A DNA stretch of 63,880 nt, counting the filler, from Kipferlia bialata (lineage: Eukaryota), in assembly GCA_003568945.1 (NCBI GenBank). It is 5 parts of 4 records of this genome, joined end to end, with 100 filler letters (N's around TTAATTAATTAA, not from the genome) between each part and the next. Parts side by side here need not be neighbours in the genome. Positions count along the whole stretch, not along the records: positions 23,412 to 46,687 come from BDIP01000263.1; 4 more parts are not named here. One strand, written 5' to 3'. Below are positions 24,644-36,400 of this stretch, piece after piece. Made by a program: the position numbers and the translations under genes. Each line of letters starts with the position of its first letter. Positions within the stretch are counted from its first letter, which is position 1. The notes under the pieces are model-generated. The model saw only the letters and a list, made by a program, of their open reading frames with translations. It ran no database searches and had not been told where the DNA came from.

Positions 24644-25874
24644 TCAGCCTGGAGAGTCGTAGGCCCTGAGTACCCCTGACGAATCTGTGACAAAGAGGAA
24701 GAAGGGACCCAGCACCCCCGATGTCTGGGGTGCCACCTGGGGCTGCACTGCGGCTAGGCCGGTGACAGGCATGGACCCCACCTTGAGCACATAGGCCTTC
24801 CTCATGTCGAAGGTGGCGCCTGGGGGTGAGAGTATGTATATACAATGTCAGTGTGCAAACTATATAAGTGCAGAAGAGGTAGGGGTTGTACCTACACCAG
24901 GCCGCAGCCACCCCTTGACCCCCTGCCCTGCCATGCTGTTCCTGGCATCTGTCTCCAGAATGGCAGCACAGTCGTAGAGGTACACACTCCCGTCGTCCCC
25001 CGGTGCAGCTATGAGTGAGGCAGCAGCGGTGTTTGCGGCACATGACCTTGGCGGCACAAAGGCACTCCCTGTCTGGCTGACATCACCCCCATAGGTGTGC
25101 CCCCTGAACTTGGCTATGCGTGCATATGACACCAGGCTGAACAGCCTCAGCCTCGAGTCTGACGTGGTCACAAGCACAGTCCGCTCCCTAGGCCCAGCGC
25201 AGAGACCAGTCACCTTGTGCGGCTTGTGTCGCCGGCCCCTCTGACTGCGGCTGCTAAAGGCAGTGATGAGACACAGATCTGAGGGCTGCCGAACAGCAAC
25301 TGTGCCTCGGTAACTGCCGGTTAGCAGAATACCGTCCCTTCCCCCACCCTCTCTTTCCCTTCCGACGAAGCCCAGTGTTGTGAGTTGCTCACCGGGGTCT
25401 AGCGCCACCACCTGCCGGCGGGATATGTCCCACCGCCTCAGCTTGCGGTCGAGACATGTTGTGAAGAAGATCCGGTCATCGTCTGAGTTGAAACACACAG
25501 CTGACACGGGAGAGGGGTGGGTGAAGACACCCAGGCACTCACTCCGCAGAGGGTTCCAGAGCCTGTGGTGAGACATATACATACAGAGACTCAAGGTATA
25601 CCAAGGGAGTGCCTCACCTGACGTCTCCGTCCAGGGATGCAGACAACAGGAAGTTGGAGGGTGCCCATGTCAGTGAGAGCACCTCAGCTCTGTGGAGTGT
25701 CCACCTCCTTAGGGGCTCAGTGTCAACCAAGGGGAGAGCCCCTGCTGCCTGGCCCACGTGCCACACACACACCACCCCATCGGCAGAGGCAGTAGCCAGG
25801 AACTGCCCATCCGCACTGGCGGCACAGCTCCACACGGGGCAGGAGTGGGCGGGGATCTCAAGGCGGAGGCGCAT
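24644..25874 (-). CDS. WDR44-like WD40 repeat protein
   Basis: Multi-exon. EIPAHSCPVW..SADGQFLATASADG, HRAEVLSLTW..NFLLSASLDGDVRLW, CLGVFTH..VSAVCFN..DDRIFFT..LDRKLRRW, KVTGL, VLVTTSDSRLR..KFRG occur in the order typical of the WDR44 family. The 5' end may extend to ~26040. Confidence 0.8.
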
Positions 25875-25957
25875 CCTGTGTCAGGTCAATAGAAGAGAGG
25901 GACTAGAGAGAAGAGTGGGGGGGGGGGGGGGGGGGGGGGGGAGGGGGGGGGGGAGGA

Positions 25958-25990
<33 letters not shown>

Positions 25991-26468
25991 ACTTGGTACC
26001 TGGTATATCCGTTGGACACTCAGTCGTGGAGGAGGTCATAGGAGTCTCCCATACAGCCTAAGATTACGGGCGTAAAAGACGATGCCTTAACTATTGAACA
26101 GATTTCCTATTGTGAAAAGCACACTCACCCAAGTACCATACACATCCTGGACTGTGCACGATGCGGGTGTATCAGCTAAAGTACCGACCACGGCGGCAAG
26201 GAAAACCAATACTCCTATCAATGGTAGTCGCATCCCACTTCAGTGTAGAAGTGTCAAGAGTCAGCATGCAGTCACTTTACTTAGCTTAAATCTGTCTCTT
26301 ACTACTAATGAATTTAACTTAAAATCGAGTCCGATTTAGTGGTTTGGTCTTTAGACATCTGGTCTTCATCTCAGCCAGAGTCTCTCTTTCGTCTTCCTTT
26401 CTATCCTTTTCATAATCAAGTCCCTTTGAACCAAGTCGAGAAGGGGTAGCCCATTGTGCGTGGGACCC

Positions 26469-27828
26469 ATGTCTCTGGAGCGAGACCTGTACGAGCCCCC
26501 CACTGCGACTGATGACTGGACCAACACCCCCCAGACAGATGACAGACATAGGGGGAGGGGGAGGGGGAGGGGGAGACACCGTGCCCCTGTGAGAGAGACA
26601 GAGCCCACTGCAGAGTCCAAGGCGATTGAGGCCCCTGCTGAGGCAGAGTACCAGATCCTGGACCCCAAACGGTTCATCGAAGACTCTGTGTTTGAGAGAA
26701 TGGCCTCAGAGAAGCAGGAGAGGTCCGAGGCAGAGGATGCAGTGGGTGGGTGGCATCCTAATTTCCGACACATTCTATATATCTTACTTACTTAGAGGGA
26801 CTTATAATATGGCATGAAGGACTCATTTCTGTTCACGTGTATACATACTAATATGTGTGCCACTATAATCCTAACATCAGCCTGGTTCTGTGAGACAGAG
26901 ATGAAGTTCTCTTCCGCCAGAGCCCTTCTGGTGCTGAGGGCGATGTATCCCACCGTGGTACGTACACTGTATGCGAGAGATGGGCTGTATGTCCTCACCC
27001 TCCTTGTTCTTACCCCAGCTGACGTCGGTTCAGCCGACCATGTGTCTTGCCGAGTACTTCTGTATACTGCAGGTGCTGGATGGAGTGCCTGTGACCGACC
27101 TGCGCCCCCCGTCGTATGAGGGTCTGATTGTGGCATATCGCCAGACTGTGACAGGGGCCATGGAGGCCGGGTACACCGAACAGGACGTGCCGCCCCTCAC
27201 CCTCCTGGTGGATATGATGGACACCATGCCCCCCCTGCCCCCTCCTGGTATGCCCTGCGACCTCGACCTGTGGCCCCTGGCTGCCAAGGCCGCCATCGAG
27301 CCCCACTGGCAGGGCATTGTGGACGGGGTGGCCCAGCGGGTGGGGGAGAGCATAGGGCAGGTGCAGCTGAAGAGAGAGGCGTCCTTTGGCGGGGACAGAG
27401 AGTATGTGCTGAGGATTGGGGGGGCTGCAGTGCTGTATGGGGAGCGGCAGCTTGGGTACGACTCCTCTGAGTTCTGTCGGTCAGTCAGGCACCACATCTC
27501 GGGGTCTGCCCTTCAGAGCATGGCCCACTTCAAGGGGGCCACCCTGGCCAGCGTAGACAGAGACGAGGAGGAGAGCGAGGCAGAGGCACAGGCCCAGGCA
27601 GAGGCCCAGGCCCAGCTAGAGAAAGATGCGGGGGATGTGGAGATGGCTGATGGCCTGGGAGCAGAGGCTTCCGAGGAAGCGTCCAGCGATGACTCAGAGT
27701 ACGACATTCTTCTTAGTTATACGACTACTCTATCTCATAATTCACAGTTGGTCTTTGGTCTCACCTCAGTATGTTCAGTTAGGTTTGCACCATTCACTGA
27801 GATCCCTTCTTTTGGCCGTTGGTGGTGA
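26469..27828 (+). CDS. Hypothetical protein with N-terminal RG repeat and acidic C-terminal region
   Basis: ORF segments linked by probable introns at ~26742-26880 and ~26958-27018. No family recognised; the 3' end is uncertain. Confidence 0.55.
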
Positions 27829-28141
27829 GGGGTACACGCAGTAATTGTCAATGGGAGACTATCATCGGGAATACTCCTGATCAAGTGACTCCCGCATCGC
27901 CAGAACCCATATGGACATTAATATTATGGGAGTGCACAAATGTTATGAGTACATCCATTTGCTACGCGTAGGATTTTGGACATAAACTCCATCCCCAGAT
28001 TCTTCTTTCAATTTACGACTTAGTGTTAGAAACAAATACTATTAATAACTTGACATTTTTAGTATATCGGACAACCTGACCTGGTATCAGCAGAACGTAA
28101 CCTATAACTCTCTTTAGCCCAGAGAAAACTAGTAGGATCCA

Positions 28142-31009
28142 ATGGGTGGACCTGTTGGAGGTGGAGTAGACTCCAAGTTAGTGGATCGGTCCATTATGGA
28201 TGAGGGCTCTGACAATAGCAGTGGAGGCTCCGCAAGGTAAGATGACTGCTTTCATAATTGGTATATACCTTCCCCATGCAGAGATTTGCCTCCCTGCTTG
28301 TGTATACCTTTACTACGTGGCCGTAACTGAGTATTGTATGCATGAGGTTCAGATATATAGGCATTTCTAGTAACACTTCTTCATTCTCACACCGAGGTGC
28401 CTTATCATCTGCGGACTCTTCGTCCTGTTGGCCGCAATCCTCGTTGTTCTGTTCTTCGTTGTGATTCCTGCCGCCAAGATGCCCCAGGGATTCAATGTTC
28501 TCGCCAACTTTGCCGAGACTGATCAGAACACCACCTTCTCTCTGTACCCTGCCCTTGGCCGCATTGTGACCTTTGACTTCGAGTACAAGAAGGACCCCAC
28601 CCCAGACTCCGAGTACCGTCTGTACAAGGCCGATGGCGAGTTCAAGGGAGTCACCCAGAGCATATTCCCCTGGAGCCCCACCGACTCCTTTGACTGGGTG
28701 CCCCTGTACTCAGGCGACTGGGACCTGACCTTCTCCACCATGAGCGTGCCCGTCGGCACCTACCCCACCGCAGCCACAGACTCCGACCACTCCCTGGAGG
28801 TGGTTGAGAAGAAGTTCACTGTGCTGGCCCTGAGTGATATGGTTGCCTTTGACGAGCAGTTCAAGGAGTCCTACTCCTACAAGCTGACAGACTCCACAAT
28901 CACATTCCCAGAGACCCTGACCTCCCAGACAGTCAGGTACTCCCTGCCCGGCTTCAAGACGTCCACCCTGGACGATGAGTACCTGGCCCAGCACGATGAG
29001 ACAGTCCAGGCATGGGGCGTGAGGGTCGGCCACAAGCCCTTCCCCGACTCCCCCCTGCCCTTTGAGTTCACCCCTCTGGTAAGGGTCCAGGACATGGTGG
29101 CCACAGACGTGCTCATCTCCGGCCTGGCCTTCGACACATACGAGGTCAAGCACGAGTTCTACCCCGTCAGTGCCGTGGACGGACCCTTCTCCTGGACGTC
29201 TGGGGGAGACGGGCCCCTGGCTGCTGCCCCTGGGGCCAAGCCTGTGTTCCCCGACTTCAACATGCAGAGTGGCGCTGTGACGATGGAGGTGGACAAGCCC
29301 TTTGTCGGCTTCACAGCCCCCGCCTTCACCAACTCCATGGACCAGGACCACGTCCAGACATACGCAGAGCCCGCGTCCCCAGAGCCCTACTTCGCCATCA
29401 TGCCTGCTGGAGGTGAGGGGTGGCTGTCTGGTCTCTATGGCATCTGTGTATGTGTATGGGCTATGGCATCTGTGTATATGTATGGGCTTGTGTCTCTGCC
29501 CTCTCCCATATCTAACGACCAGGTGTTGCCTCTGTCCTCGACTCCATCGGAGGCTCCGTCGAGCACAGGCCTGTGTACCAGAAGGACAGGGAGGGGGACA
29601 ACGTGCTGCAGATCGGCATTGGAGGTACCGGCCACGCCCTGCTGTCTCTGCCCGGCCCCAACATGGACAGTGCCAACGCTGACGGCACCACAGGCCAGTA
29701 TGTGGTGGAGGTCGACAACGCCGGAGACATCCTGCGTCTGACCTCTGTGCTGCGTGTGAATGAGCAGCTCGACGCCATGGAGGGAGACTTTGACACCGTG
29801 ACTGCCATTGGTACCTGCGACGCGGCTGTCCTCCCCATTGACTATGCCTCCCGGTCACTGAGGGGCCAGGTGGTGGTGAACGCAGTGGCCATGTCACAGA
29901 TAGAGGGGTGCAGCCCCAAGAGCTACAAGGTGGGGGGGAGTGTATACAGAGGCATAGTGACTGTCCGCTCTCAATACCTGCTCTCTCAATATGTACTGTC
30001 AGCATGTATATAACCTATATTCATTATAAGACATATATACACAATCATATGTGTATACTAACTTATCTATCAATACTGACTGCAGGACAAGGAGCTGAAG
30101 GAGCAGGGCCTGTACCATGCCGGGGACGCCCTGTCTGCCTCTGACCTCGAGGGTGTGTGCCAGGTGGCCAAGGACTATCTGCTGGTGCTGGACAGTGCCA
30201 CCTTCGCAGTCACCAGCGTCATTGACGTGGCCGCAGCATACCTCCCAGCCACCTCTGTCACCCCCATCGTCCCAGGCATCTTTGACACCGAGCTAGGCCT
30301 CAGGGGCCCAGTCTACGGCACCGTGGGCGGCACTGACTACGGCAGAGTGGCCCAGGACACCCTGCGTATCAACTCTGTCTTCTACGACCCCTCCGACGAC
30401 TGTCTCTTTGTGTCCCTCCCAGACTATGGTGATGTCGTCAAGGTGACCCAGGACGGAGACCTCGTGTACGCCATGTCCGACTTTGCTGTCCACGATGACA
30501 GGCCCCTGCCCTCCACAGACAGCATTACCAACCCAGTCAAGAGCGCATTCACCTTCCAGCGCCAGGGAGCTCCCTTCTTCGCCGCCGTCTCCGACACCCG
30601 TGGCACCAGCCTCACCCTCTGGATGGCTCTCTTTGAGTCAGACGGCGAGACCTCCTACGTGTCCCTCTATGCCATCGACGAGACCCACCGGTCCCTCGTC
30701 TGGATGCAGGGCGCCGTGGACTCTCGGTCCCCTCTGCCCGAGTGCTCCACATTCACCAGGGCCCAGATCCTGGCCTCCGGCAACCTCCTCGCCGTGTGTG
30801 GCTGTGCCGGTGCCAAGAAGGGGCCAGGCAACTACCCCAAGGCCTCGACAGCCGCATACGAGGTCAACGACACCAACCTGGTGGTTGGGTACTACCTTGC
30901 TGATGATGCTGCATCCTTCTTCGCCAAGGTGCCCTCCACCTACGTGGGTGACCGTTACCACGCCACAGAGCGGACCCTCACCCACACTGCCGCCCAGTAC
31001 AACATCTAG
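28142..31009 (+). CDS. Type-II membrane protein with C-terminal aryl-sulfate sulfotransferase (ASST)-like beta-propeller
   Basis: Exons 28142-28236, 28397-29412, 29523-29929, 30086-31009, all in phase. N-terminal anchor CLIICGLFVLLAAILVVLFFVVIP. LRINSVFYDPSDDCLFVS..DVVKV..DG resembles ASST HVNSIAYD..DDSIILSSRHQGVVKI; also YAIDE and AQILASGNLL motifs. Confidence 0.7.
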
Positions 31010-31364
31010 GTCCATACGACACAGTCTCTAGTGGCTTATTTTGTTTGCGTGGGGTGTTTGGTCCTCCACGCCAGAATCTTAATTGCTATAAATTTGTTAT
31101 AACCTGACACCCTAACACTTGTAATTACAGAGTATGGTTGTCACTCCAGCAAAGGAATGTTCTTCTAGACTGACTATAATGTGACTCTCACAGTGGTGAC
31201 ATTACATCACGTATATATTACGACTCCACTCCAGGGGACTATAATTGATAGTTCTCTGGCCAATGTGCTGGCATATATCAGACAAGGGGTGTAGAATTTT
31301 TGGTTCCGGAAGAGCTGTCATGTACTTTGCTATGAATTGTTGCTTTTAAGTCAGTCGTCAACTG

Positions 31365-32984
31365 ATGGACTCGGTTAGAACGGTGCGAGGACAAGATGAA
31401 GAGAGGAAAGGTCGGACAACCTTCAGTGTGAGCATTAGAAAGAAGGATAGAGAGTCTCGGCTTACAAAGCGGCGATTCCGTGCCATTGGGCGTTCTGATG
31501 AGGCTATTGCGGCTGGAGGGGAGAAAATGGTGGTTCCCACCACTCTTGCTGGTATTGAGGCCGCCGTGGAGCTTGTTCGGTCCCGCGTAGTGGAAGAGGT
31601 TTCCAAGGGGTTCGCCCAGTTGAGGTCTGCCCTGGCTTTGCCCGAACCCCCCCTGTTCATCGCTACTACGTATCCGGATATCCTCAGAAAAGCCGTACAG
31701 TTCCTAGATCCTTCCTATGCTGAGGACACGAGGCATGAGGCCGTGTGGTTTCTGACCAATGTGACCTCAGGCCAGAGTGAGCATGTGCAGGCTGTGTGCC
31801 AGGCAGGGGCCATCCCCAGTCTGCTGGACCTCATCAGGGATGCCTCCATCTCCCTGGGCGACCATGCCGTGTGGTGTCTGGCCAATGTGGCCGGGGACAC
31901 GGTGGAGTACAGAGACATGCTCCTGACTGCAGGCGTCATTCCCCTGCTGGTTGCCTTCATTGCCCGTGAAGGCCAGATAGACTCCACAATCCGGACAGCA
32001 GTGTGGTGTCTGTCCAACATCACCAGAGGTAGGCCGCCAGTGCCCTACGAGCTGGTCCGGTCTCTGATTGTGCCCGTGTGCGACCTGCTCAAGAACACCC
32101 AGTCGGAGGATATCATGTTGGAGTGTGTGTGGACCCTGCAGCACGTGACCGCCTTGGACAGGAAGGACAACCAGCAGCTGATCGACATCATGGCCACGGG
32201 GGTGGTCCCACGGCTCAAGGAGGTGGGTCAGGCTGGCGTTGTTATATATATTAATACTGTTGTTATATATACTAATGACTCTCCAGTTGATACTGTATCC
32301 TCAGGAAGCATTCCCCCCACTTCCCCCTCCCTCCCGTACTCACTGCAGGTCTGTGTGTGTTCTGACGCCGTTGCAGCCCGTGCCGCCCTTCGCACCATTG
32401 GTACCCTGACCCTAGGGGACGAGTCGCTGGTGGACGCCCTGGTTGAGTTGCACACCTTTGATATGCTGGGCCACGTCATCACCACAGCCCACTCTGTCCT
32501 GGTGAGGAAGGAGGCCCTGTGGGCGCTGTCCAACCTGGTTGTGGGTAAGCTGTCCCACAAGAAGGCCTTCTTCGAGGCCGGGCTGGGCCCCGTGGCCATC
32601 AAGATGCTGGAGTGCACCCACCGGGATACGGTGCAGGAGGCTGTGTTTGTGGTGTCCAACTGCCTGTTGGCAGGGCCCTCCTTTGTGGCCGATGAGTTCC
32701 TGAGTATCCAGGCCATCCCTGCCCTGGTCACCTCCCTGCGCACCCTGACCGTTGGCAACCAGCAGTCCGTCGAGGACGCCATCGTCATGGCCCTCGATGC
32801 AGTCATCGCGCTGCTGGAGAGGGGGGAGGGCATGGGGCAGGACGACAACCCCGTGGCCCTGGAGGTGGAGAGGTGCGGGGGCCTGGATCTGATCGAGGCC
32901 ATGCAGGAGAGCCCCCTCCACGACATCTACCTCAAGACAAACCTCATCATCGACTCTTTCTTCATGGACGACCTCCTGAGCTAG
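31365..32984 (+). CDS. Importin subunit alpha
   Basis: IBB domain (EERKGR...SIRKKDRESRLTKRR) and ARM repeats with conserved W/N (EAVWFLTN, AVWCLANVAGD, VWCLSN, EALWALSN); C-terminal GGLDLIEAMQ. One intron at 32223-32348. Confidence 0.93.
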   Translation: MDSVRTVRGQDEERKGRTTFSVSIRKKDRESRLTKRRFRAIGRSDEAIAAGGEKMVVPTTLAGIEAAVELVRSRVVEEVSKGFAQLRSALALPEPPLFIATTYPDILRKAVQFLDPSYAEDTRHEAVWFLTNVTSGQSEHVQAVCQAGAIPSLLDLIRDASISLGDHAVWCLANVAGDTVEYRDMLLTAGVIPLLVAFIAREGQIDSTIRTAVWCLSNITRGRPPVPYELVRSLIVPVCDLLKNTQSEDIMLECVWTLQHVTALDRKDNQQLIDIMATGVVPRLKEVGQAGVVIYINTVVIYTNDSPVDTVSSGSIPPTSPSLPYSLQVCVCSDAVAARAALRTIGTLTLGDESLVDALVELHTFDMLGHVITTAHSVLVRKEALWALSNLVVGKLSHKKAFFEAGLGPVAIKMLECTHRDTVQEAVFVVSNCLLAGPSFVADEFLSIQAIPALVTSLRTLTVGNQQSVEDAIVMALDAVIALLERGEGMGQDDNPVALEVERCGGLDLIEAMQESPLHDIYLKTNLIIDSFFMDDLLS

Positions 32985-33443
32985 GCCCTCGGCTCCAGGC
33001 AGCATCGTGTAACCAGTATCAGTATCAGTTTGCGTTCCAGGCGGATATGAGTGTATGTCCGTACATACATACCTAGGTCCAGAGCACGGGTTGGAAAGAC
33101 ATCTCCTCTGGAAAGACTCTTCCCCGTGTTCAAATGGTGCTATTCGTGTTTCCTTTATATGTATTTTGTGTATTTTTCGTTCGTTTTTTGTGTGTTTCTT
33201 CAACTCTCATGCCACATATACATGTGCGTGTAGATTGGTGGGAATCATCATCCATGATAGATTTTCCATCAGGGTCACTTCCCTGTTACTCCTTCCTCCT
33301 GAGCATCTCTACAATACCATACGCTTTACAGAACAAATGAGTCAATCAACATATCTATCTCTTCTATTCTTGACACAATTCAAAACACATTCAAAACACG
33401 ACGTGAGACACGTACAATACTACAGTACATACTATCAATACCC

Positions 33444-36400
33444 TCAATATGACTGGAGGGAGCTGGCAAACCTTATGACGTCCACAACATCACTCGCTGC
33501 ATCCAATAGAGGCACCACGGCGCTGATGTCATGCGCCACCATATCAGCCTCCCCCCCCTCCCCCTGTGTCAATGATGATACTAGTGGGGTCAGAGCCTCT
33601 ACTAGGGGACCTAGGTGGACTGGGGTACCCAGCACGGAGTACAGGAGCTGGGACACGGCATCGACAGAGCTCACATCGCCTGGGGCCACGGACTTGACCA
33701 ATTGCACCAGGGAGGGGAAGGAGAGACACCCTTCCGACGCATAGGAAGCAAAGAGATGGACGGCCGAGGGTGGCAGACGCAGGGTACGGACCACCCCTTC
33801 GAAGGCAGCAGCAGACATAGGGGTGTCGCCGTGTACATGCCTCAGGACCATCAGCTGACTCGGGCATAACCCGTAAAGCTGCATCCCTGCCTCCAGTGAG
33901 GACTGGGTGTCTCTGACCCTCTGACATCCAGTGCGTAGTGCACCTGCGGCCTCTGCGGCCATGCCCTCCAGGGCAGAGGGCGACACTCCCTGAGGTACAC
34001 TGGAGGGGTAGGGGGAGCGCCCTATACCTGCATACACTGCACTCAACTCAGCCAGAATCTCTTGCACCGCGTGGCCAGAGGTCTCTGCCTCCCGCACTAT
34101 CTCCCCTGCCAGGACACTGCCCCGGTGGGAGTGGATGGCAATAGAGGCCAGGGCCTGGAGGGGCTGCACCGCGGCCAGCCCCATCTGCATGGCCAGGTGG
34201 CAGTACGACACGGCCCGGGCCTCGGCATGCACAGTAGACTCAAGGGCCTGGGCACAGGACACCACAGTGGCACTGGCACCAGACACCGCGTCAGAAAGGG
34301 TGCCGCGTAGGGTGTCAGTTCCAGACAGATTCAACATACACCCTCTGTCGACGCCTTCTCTCTTGCGCATGGTCATGTACCCTCCCAGCAGCTGACCCTG
34401 CAGCACAGAGAGCGGGGAAGGGCGGGTGGGATCCGAGGGGGGAACGGCGGAGCGGACAGGCCTGCGGGGTCTGATTCCCTGTGACTGGGGGAGACTAAGC
34501 ACATCTGCAGCGGAGAGGGCGGGGGGCACCTCGAGGGGCTGGAGCTGTGCCTGGGAGAGAGAGGGCAGGGCACCCACCAGCGACACAGGCAGAGGGGGCA
34601 GTCCGACCAGAAGGGCGCCCAGCTGCACTGCGGCCTGGCCCTCCTGCTCTTCCATAGAGGCTAGCAGGGAGTGGGTGGTCTGGGCGCAGGCGAGGGTCAG
34701 GGAGTGGTTGATGCCACTCAGCAGCAGGGGGGAGGAGGGGGAGGGGTGCAGGGGAGAGCACTCACCCAGGACGCCCTGGATAACTGGCACGATGTGGCCA
34801 GCCCCCTCCCCAGCATCCAATCCAATAGAGGGAATGTACCCAGGGGGGTACTGATAGGGAACGCCGTACCGGTCAGAGTACTCGTCCAGTGCCATGCAAT
34901 GCCTCAGGGGTTGCACTGGTGACTGGGAATGGTCCTGCTCCGCTACACTCTGCTGCGAGAGAGAGGTCGGGGGGGCAGTCTCGAGTGAGAGGTTCTCGGT
35001 GACATCCTTATACAGCGCACACAGATCTCTGGCACACCGGCTGGCCCCCACCCACCCACACCACCTGTCTGCCGTCTCCACCCAGGCCTCTATCAGTTGG
35101 GTGGCGTCAGAGAGAGAGGGCAGGCGGAGCAGAAGGGCCCGACACCGCTGCAGAGTCGGCAGTACATCATAGAGAGACGCCGCCACCGCCTCTACAGCCT
35201 CCGGGGATAGACACCCTCTGAGGGACAGAGCCCTGTCGAGACAGAAGGGGGGGGGAGGCCTCAGAAGACCCCTTCCCGACTGAAGAGGCTTGGCATACTC
35301 CGACCCAACAAAGTCCAGGACCCACTGCATACTGTCTGCATGACTCTGGGGGTGGGATACGGGGGGTGCCTGGCCCTGTGACTCTGACACCCCGTACACG
35401 GCACAGTGCATGGGTGTGTCCAGCAGGGTGGAACAGACCCCAACGGCCCATGCCAGGAGAGCGTTGTACCTAGCTGTGGCCGAGACCATGTCTGAGGCGT
35501 AGCACACCAGGCAGTCCAAGGCGTCAGCGCTGGAGACAGGGACCACGCCCTCCAGGCACTGCAGAAGCTCCTGGGCCCCCTCCACTGTGAGGCACCCCCT
35601 CACCATGCCCTCATCCACCCTGTCCCTGTGTGCATACCCTGCCCTCACCCTGGCTACATCACACCTGGTCTGGAGGGAGAGGGCAGTGCCCACCAGCCAT
35701 GCGGCATGGCGAGTGAAGGACGCGGGGTCTGAGTAGGCCACCTTGGCAGCGAGAGCATCCTCCATCCTAACCCCCAGGGGAGACACACACACACCCTGGG
35801 GCATATCCTTAGGGAAGAGGAGCAAAGAGAAGGGGTCAGAGGGGGGGGCCTCATCAACGGCCCCTGCCTCTGCCCCCACCCCTATTCTGAGCAGGGTGTG
35901 TAGCATGGCCATGACCTCATCGACAGCAGAGGCGATCCCGTCACACCCTCCCACACAATCGACAGTGGGGGACGTGCCCCTATCCTCTGCAGGGGTCTGT
36001 CCAGCAGGGTGAGTGCCCTGGGAGAGAGAGTACTCCACTGCCTGTAGGGAGGCCAGAGCCTCATCAAGCACGGACACACACTGGTGGGACAGAGAGAGGG
36101 GGGCCTGTGCGGAACGGTCCAATCCCTCGGACCCAGTCCCTGACACTCCTCTAGATACTGATACTGATGCGGCGTCTGCATACCCAGTGTCCCTATGGTC
36201 CTCAGGGACAGTAGCCCCACATGCATCCAGTCCCTCCAGGAACACACAGGGCAGACAAGTGGCCAGGGCAGGGTCGGTGGCTACTGCTGTGGCCAGGGCC
36301 TGTCCTGCGGCTAGTACCTCAGTCCAAGGCCTGCAGGAGCCCGGGTCTGCTGTACCTGTACCAGTAATGTGGGACACTACTGCTACCACATGGTCAGCAA

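Noticed and set aside
25916..25989. Long G and C homopolymer runs as G-quadruplex or telomeric elements
   Set aside because: They are intronic pyrimidine tracts seen from either strand, and their lengths are unreliable near contig ends.
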